Below, in pieces: positions 56,484 to 64,000 of a stretch of DNA of 64,000 bases. This stretch comes from Octopus bimaculoides (taxonomy: Eukaryota). Numbering within the stretch: the stretch's first letter is position 1; each line of letters opens with the position of its first letter. Location: positions 55,179,601-55,243,600 of the forward strand of contig NC_068995.1 of assembly GCF_001194135.2 (NCBI RefSeq). The letters run 5' to 3'. A program made the translations under genes and the position numbers. The notes under the pieces were generated by a model. The model did no database searches. It was not told where the DNA came from and saw only the letters and a list, made by a program, of their open reading frames with translations.

Positions 56484-57094
56484 AATGGATGTCTTATAAA
56501 ACTATTCCGCACATACAATAACAGCCATACAAACAATCCAACACACCTCCATCATCAGCTACCCCACGGATATCACTATGCTTTCGACACCTGTGCAGTA
56601 CCATTCAATCCGGGATATCATCACATTCATTCAATCTTAATTCTAGGAACTGAAAGTCTATGAGGATTGCTTAATACAGATTTTGAAGTGTAAAGGTGAT
56701 TTTTAAATAAAAAATATATTTTTTTTAATGTTATATACAAAATTATGAGGATGTTACTAATCTTTAATATTTTCTAGTGTGTGAGCGCTTTCATTAAAAC
56801 TTTTCAAACACACGTGCTTTTAAAGAAGCAGTTGTTATTTTTACATTTCCAACTTATGTATGCATTATGCGCAATAACCATAGCGTAGCAAAGTCACTTC
56901 ATCTAATTATTTCGTTTAAACACTGACAATGCACAGCTGGCAAAAATTTTGGTATGAAATTATGTCCATGTAATTTTAAAAACAGATAAACAAAAATATA
57001 CTTCTAAATATTCCACGTGATAGAAAAATATAATACAATTGCCACAATTTTGCTCCCTGGACCAATATGTAATTCGCTAAGTATTACATCTTCC

Positions 57095-57200
57095 AAGAAG
57101 AAGAAGAAGAAGAAGAAGAAGAAGAAGAAGAAGAAGAAGAAGAAGAAGAAGAAGAAGAAGAATGAGGAGGAGGAAGAGGAGGAAGAGGAGGTAGAGGAGG
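57095..57200. repeat. (AAG)n then (GAG/GAA)n compound trinucleotide tract
   Basis: direct reading; source of the poly-K/poly-E ORF. Confidence 0.97.
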
Positions 57201-57925
57201 AGAATATTAATGATAATATATCCTTGCAAATAGTAGTATACTATATTATTATTATTCATCACATGGTAATACTATTATTTTTATTAATATTGTTATTATT
57301 ATATGTTACATAATTATATAGAAATAATTATTGGTATTAGAAATATATTACAGGTACGATATTTAATAAAAACTTAAATCACATCAAACAAAATAAAATC
57401 ATATTTTCTTGGTTCTTTGTCACATGACTGTTTTCGTGGCCAGTGTATCAAATCAAAGATGTTCATGTAATTAAACCCTAATCCTCCCTGACTCAACAAA
57501 CCTATAATGAATGACCTTCAGGCCATGCTATTTTCGTCTGTAGTTTTCACAGAAAATATATCGTGGACTTCCTTCTTCAATGTGACCTTCGACTAATATA
57601 AGAATAGTGTGATCTGAGAGAGATATGCTTCTTATTTCTAGATCAAAAACGCGAATCCAGAATCCACTGTTAGCTAAGCGTACTTTTGTCATGTTTCTCC
57701 CTTATTTTTTATCTCTCTCTCTCTCTCTCTGTCTCTTTCTCCGTATCTCTCTTTCACTCTCTCTTTGAGGGCTTTTGTGCGCTTAAGAGCATCACCATCC
57801 AATATAAGAACCATATTTCCTTATAGGACTCATCAAAGATTTGTTAGGATAGTGGTTGCTGAAGATAAGAATTTTTTCTGTCCCTGAAGGCAGAGATGTA
57901 AAGTAATAATCATTAATTACCAAGT

Positions 57926-58105
57926 AAAAGCAGCAAGCTGGTCGACTCGTTTGCACGTCGGACAAAATACTTCATGACATTTCTTCTGGCTCTTTACCTT
58001 CTGATTTCAAAATTCACCGAAGTGGACTTTGAATCTCTTTTTATCTTTCCATAATCGCTAAAATAAGTACCAGTTAAGCAGTGGATTCAATGTAATTGCC
58101 TAGCA
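57926..58105 (+). mobile_element. old, diverged SINE family A copy
   Basis: gcaagctggtcgactcgtttgcacgtcggacaaaat..ctgatttcaaaattcaccgaagtggacttt..aaaataagtaccagtt..aatgtaattg is collinear with the family A head and core. Confidence 0.7.
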
Positions 58106-59820
58106 TCCTACTCTAAATTTTAAGCCTAGTCTATATAGTGCAAAAAATGAATTACGTACTAAACCAGTAAAAGCTTCTTCAACGGTAAACGTATGTGATA
58201 TCTTTCTTATATCTGCCCATAGTTTTGATACAGAAGATATACTGCAATATATTTTTCTTAATAATTTGCTATATTTCTCATTTTATGCTTTCTGATATTA
58301 AAATTGAATTATGAAACATTCTGGAACGATTTCTATTTTGTAATTTCTTTTCACTCTTCTAGTCGTACAGCTAGTCTTTATATAAATACATGTTCTGATT
58401 TGTAACATTCTAATTACGTTGTGGTAAATAATTATGTTTTTCTTATAACGTCTACCAAAACATCATTATATTATTATACGTTTTGGCATGTTTTTTGATA
58501 AAATAAGTAGAAATATTATCATGATGTAATATTATGTTGTTTAAACAAGGAACACTTTGATAAAATATACTCTTTTAATATAATAAAATTACTTTCATTC
58601 CAAAAAAATGGCTGTGGAATTAGATTCCATATGATCATAATACTACCTGAAAATTATATTACAAGATTTGCAATGGATTTGTATGTGGAAAAAAGTATTT
58701 CTGAGACTAGAGAAGAGCTTTCTGAGTTTGTGAACCGATAACTTTACTTCTTAAAATATCTACTATTGTTGACATATTTGGAGGACTGTTATTCAGTTTG
58801 GCATACTATATCTGAGTTTTATTTATTAGACGTCTGGGTGATTTTATTACCGATTTTATGTGTAAGAAGATTTATTGATATTTTATTCGGTTACTCACAC
58901 GCTATATTTTTGTGAAATTAGGGTCATAATGAAGAAGTAAAAAATGCATGTGTCACTGAGAAATGAGAAATGAGTTTTTCTGCGGAAGCGAACACTCTAA
59001 AAAATTTGGTAATGTATCATTACATTTGCAATGTTAAAAAAAATGGAGTAGCAACTCTCAAAAATAAATAATGAATTTGCAACAGAGATCTTTAAATAAA
59101 AAAAAAGACTAGAGTGTAAAACAAAACAGCAGTTAAGAACGAAAATGAAAACACGTACATAACATTAGAAGCCTAATAATTTTCTGACACTATTTCTCAA
59201 GTTCTTGTAATCTCTATTTTCATTTTCTATTACCATTGTACATTTCTATAAAAAAAAAAAAGCAAGAAAAAGGAATGAAAAACCTTTTCCTATTTCTCCT
59301 CTCGGTTGGTGATAAATGTTTATTACCTTCACTATGAGCAATCAAGCCTTAAACAGAGACCTAAAACTGTATAATTATAATATTAAAAAAAAAACGTACG
59401 ATGCGTTGTAATTAAACGGATAATGGCAAAAGTTGATACACAAATCTTAACAAAAGTCGTATAATGAAATTTAATATAAACATCGAAGTGAAATAACAAA
59501 TTAGATATGAAAATGCAAAAAAAAATAATGCAAGTGAAGTAGACGCGCATTTGTCTTTTCGTAATTATGAACAAACCGCATATCGATAATAATTAATGAA
59601 GTTATAACAAGACAGTAGCGTAGTTTATGCTTTTCTTTTACGAGTCTAGAAGTGCCTTCATTCACGTGCTTCATTTCGGTCTTATTCTCGGTATCTGTTT
59701 ATTTTTATATACATATGTACAAGCCCAAACACGTACACAGAAACACACACATAAGGAGATATACATATCTCTATGTAAATATATGTGTGCATATACAGTT
59801 ATATATATATACATATATAC

Positions 59821-59859
<39 letters not shown>

Positions 59860-60659
59860 TATANNNNNNNNNNNNNNNNNNNNNNNNNNNNNNNNNNNNN
59901 NNNNNNNNNNNNNNNNNNNNNNNNNNNNNNNNNNNNNNNNNNNNNNNNNNNNNNNNNNNNNNNNNNNNNNNNNNNNNNNNNNNNNNNNNNNNNNNNNNNN
60001 NNNNNNNNNNNNNNNNNNNNNNNNNNNNNNNNNNNNNNNNNNNNNNNNNNNNNNNNNNNNNNNNNNNNNNNNNNNNNNNNNNNNNNNNNNNNNNNNNNNN
60101 NNNNNNNNNNNNNNNNNNNNNNNNNNNNNNNNNNNNNNNNNNNNNNNNNNNNNNNNNNNNNNNNNNNNNNNNNNNNNNNNNNNNNNNNNNNNNNNNNNNN
60201 NNNNNNNNNNNNNNNNNNNNNNNNNNNNNNNNNNNNNNNNNNNNNNNNNNNNNNNNNNNNNNNNNNNNNNNNNNNNNNNNNNNNNNNNNATATATATATA
60301 TATATATACAAAAACATACACATGCATATGTATTTATACATTTATGTGTGAGTGTGTATGTGTGTCTACGTGCGAGCGTTTGTGTGTGTGCGCGCGCAGA
60401 ATATATAGATCTTGGTTAATGAGTGCATTAGTATTGTAGCTGCTTACACTCACCTAGTGTTCACAAATTGAGTTACATATCGTATGTCATTTCGTTTCTC
60501 ATCTGCTGTATGCACAAGTTTTAAGGTAGTACAAATCAACCTTTGTACTATATGTATTGAAGCATGTTAATTCTATTTTCGCTCACAATATAAGACTTGT
60601 TAACCTGTACTTTAACTACATGGTTTGATTCTTTGGATGTTCCATTTCTTCAATCCCAG

Positions 60660-60744
60660 ACAGCTCATAGCACAAAGACAACATGTAAACAACTAGCCTT
60701 GTCTTTACAATTGTGCCAAGCCGATTCGAATATACATTTAGCTG
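60660..60744 (+). CDS. weak candidate exon, TAHSTKTTCKQLALSLQLCQADSNIHLA
   Basis: tttcttcaatcccag| ... ctg|gtaaaa, phase 0 to 1, open; no homology recognised. Confidence 0.15.
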
Positions 60745-61034
60745 GTAAAATAAGACGCAAACAATATTTATAAAATTGGTATAGTAGATTTTTTTTCTTA
60801 AAATTAGAATAGTTCCCGTTAGTGAAAAATCAACGATCACGTGTAGAGATAAATTGAAAGAGGTATCATATGAGTACCGATACGATAATAATAAAATATG
60901 CAGAGCTCTTTCCATTTTGTAAAAAAAAATATTGCTAGCAGTTAGTGATATGGATACAGTTAACAACAAAATTTTATGAGCAGACTTACCCATCATGCAA
61001 TCCTTCATATTATTGTTATTCATAACAGCACGAA

Positions 61035-61088
61035 CATTAATAATAATGATAATGATTTCTTTTAATAATAATAATAATAATAATAATG

Positions 61089-61120
<32 letters not shown>

Positions 61121-61241
61121 GAGAAGGAGGAAGAAGAGGAGAAGGAAGAAGAGAAAGTAGGGGTAGTAGAGAAGGGGGAGGATAATAATGATGATAATGT
61201 TAAACATATTGCTACTAACATTATTATCATCATCATCATCA

Positions 61242-61332
<91 letters not shown>

Positions 61333-61385
61333 CAGCAGTTGTAATTGTTGTTGTTGCTGTCGTTATTATTATTATTATTAGCATT
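61035..61385. repeat. compound trinucleotide array (AAT)n-(GAG/GAA)n-(CAT)n(TAT)n(TAG)n(TTG)n
   Basis: direct reading. Confidence 0.97.
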
Positions 61386-61787
61386 AGGATTAGTATATTT
61401 TCATAGTTTTTAAGCTAATAATATCTATATAATATATTACAATAATCTCTGAAATGACAAAGGAGATATTTTGATAAATTTATTTCCGTAGGACAAGGAG
61501 AACATTACTTTCAGTGAAAATTCACATTTGGCATTTACTTCAAAATATGAATGCTTAATCACTCGTCGTTCACCGACTGGAAAAATAAATAGTTAATGTC
61601 CCTAACATTTATATTTGAGTAGATTTAATGCTTCTAAGAACGCGAAAGAATTTCTCTGTCCTTTGCAGTAATCTATCTGCATTAAGATGCTGATTCCATG
61701 TTACAGGAACTGCATGCGTTATACAGTTCTATTCTTCAAGCATCGCTGTTTTGTTTCTTAAAAGTTTCAGCTACTAATATATGTATG

Positions 61788-61858
<71 letters not shown>

Positions 61859-62789
61859 GAGACGTGATGCACACGCTCACACATACTTCAAGAACTATAA
61901 TGAAATAATGGTAAGCTGCCAGGTAAATAATGACTTCGTAAGTAAATAAGTTCAATACATTACTCTCATGTTATCATGTGTGTGTGGACACCTTCTCTCT
62001 CTCTCTCTCCCTCTCTCATTCAACACATAAATACACATACACAGACACACTCACATACACACACACATAAATGAGTGCGTAGTAATTTTATATTCGGGTA
62101 GACAATTTATAGATTACCGTTTCAAGCCAGTCTACAATATTCGGCTACCTAATGTCAACAATAGCGTTTAGGTATATATCACAGGGTTTAGAAAGTCCTT
62201 TGTGTCCGTAAGGTTTATATAAAAAAAATATGAGAAACAGAAAATGGAGTTCTTGTGTGTCCTTATACAAAACCACTACTTACAGGTGAGATGTTGTACA
62301 ATCAATTTTAGGTGTAGGTGCATTATAGGTACAGAGGCGTTTTCTCAGGTAACTTTTCAAATAAGTACTTCATTTTATACTTGCCATTTCACCTGTTTCT
62401 ATAACAGCACATTTTAATTAGTGTAGCGTTCAATCCGTCGTGTTAAAGGAGAAAGTCAATAATAATTCGAAACAAGAAATCCAAGAAAATACTGAAAACT
62501 TTCCGCAGCAGATGAATACACACGCTACATATAAACACATTCTTATGTCCACAAATGGCGAGCATTTACACACGCCACAAATACAAAAGTCTGCCATGTT
62601 AAGTATAAATGCACATACTTTAGAACATGCAAAGAAAGCCAAAAATCCAGGCGTTTTTATTACTTATAATATATATACTTGTTCTTCATTACTACATGTT
62701 TTATCAAGCTTAGAAGTTAGAGTTTATCCAAAAAGATATATATTCATAATTTAAAGAAACGTAACGAAATATTGCAATGCTTTCCGTGG

Positions 62790-62940
62790 GGTTACTCATC
62801 CGAATCCGCAATCCACTAAGTTTTCTTAATATAATTTCATATATAGATGCAAGACAACAAATTTGTGGTGTATATTATGCAGTCATAGATTTAGGGAAGG
62901 CGCTACACTCGATTAAACCTAAATTTATATTGGATGTTTC
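62790..62940 (+). mobile_element. non-LTR retrotransposon RT fragment (CR1/L2/RTE-like)
   Basis: QCFPWGYSSESAIH, then after a frameshift IISYIDARQQICGVYYAVIDLGKALHSI, resembling QFGFRxGxSTExA..D....V.LDLSKAFDSV. Confidence 0.5.
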
Positions 62941-63611
62941 ATATTTTGTTTATTCTGGAACTCTGTAAATCACAATCGGAAATGGCCAAGGAATTTTATT
63001 GTGTATGAAATCAAAAAATTCTGATACTTTTCCAAATACAAAAAAACATCTGAAGGGGATAATAGAAACAGTACTTCCGGTAAATTCAAATTGAGAAGAC
63101 GTTGGTAAAAGAACGATATATAATACAAATTTTTACTACTGAATCAATGAATACCTGGAATCTATAGTATTGATTTTCAAGTTGAAATTCATACAGAGAT
63201 GTACTTGAGCATAACCATTTTACAGCAAAAAGGAACTGAAAATAAAATGGCTGAAATGGAAGCATCTATCGATTCAAGTACCATTAATTTGCTTTGTGTA
63301 TGTGTTGAGAATATAGTTAAGAGACTACATATTTTAGGTTCTAAAATGTTAAGGAGAATATACTGCAACTGTGAAGTTACCAACACTGAGGAAAAACGTT
63401 TACCTTAATTATTCTAGTAAGAATACATCCTTATGATTTTAATCGACAATAATAGATTATATCAAAAAAGCAATGACTGATCTTGATTTCTTTCGAATAA
63501 AAAGCTGTCCATACATTTAAGTAGTTAATTTTGTATATTCGTGAAATATTACTCTAAAAGGAGATTGCTGTATGTGTCACTGTAATTTATTAATAACATA
63601 TCTCTAATAAT

Positions 63612-63800
63612 TTATATTTGTTTCAGTTATTTGACTGCGGCCATGTTGAGGCAATGCCTTGAAGAATTTTTAGGCGAATGAATTGACCCCAGTACACTTT
63701 TTCTTTTAATCCTGATAATAATCGTATCGGTTTTTTTGTCCCATTACTAAGATAAGGGGACGTAAACACGCCAACACCAGTTGTCAAATGTTGGTGATGC
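63612..63800 (-). mobile_element. SINE family B 3' half, diverged
   Basis: ttgtttcagttatttgactgcggccatg..gacccca..ggggacgtaaacacgccaacaccagttgtcaa is collinear with 24530-24700 and followed by the same CA/TA spacer. Confidence 0.82.
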
Positions 63801-63833
63801 ACAAATATAGACACACATACACTACACACGTAT

Positions 63834-63876
<43 letters not shown>

Positions 63877-64000
63877 ATAGAAAGGACAACAAAAAATAAG
63901 TGTTACATATTTTCACAGATACATATATATATATATATATATATAATAATATTAGGGCCAAAATTCAAGATTACAGGTAAAAACTCAATTAAAATCAATT

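Noticed and set aside
56540-56615. Type II hammerhead on the minus strand (GAAA..CTGATGA)
   Set aside because: None of the three stems can be formed

Overview
AT-rich, microsatellite-dense eukaryotic (metazoan) genomic DNA from a draft assembly with 14 N-gaps (~4.8 kb). The SINE families and the (TA)n/(CA)n/(TAT)n load look like an octopod cephalopod (Octopus-like); this is recognition from memory, not a database result. There is no intact long ORF, rRNA, true tRNA or CRISPR array, and most ORFs in the supplied track are artefacts of microsatellites or N-runs. The window is mainly intronic or intergenic and holds decayed mobile elements: three tRNA-derived SINE families, two fragments of an R4/Dong-like REL-endonuclease LINE, several Penelope-like element (PLE) remnants, a CR1/L2/RTE-type RT scrap and possible DNA-transposon scraps. 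A few small, splice-phase-compatible candidate exons on the + strand (6.5, 6.6, 7.0 and 14.2 kb) may belong to an unidentified large-intron host gene. The most interesting observations are: (i) degenerate hammerhead-ribozyme-like motifs at PLE ends and at the 3' end of a tRNA-headed SINE; (ii) a ~400-nt fold-back made of two inverted SINE halves with the tRNA-like head in the loop, inside a cluster of short tandem duplications; (iii) two R4/Dong fragments 22.7 kb apart, in opposite orientation, whose protein sequences abut almost exactly, as expected from an inversion through one element. No new system can be demonstrated from the sequence alone.
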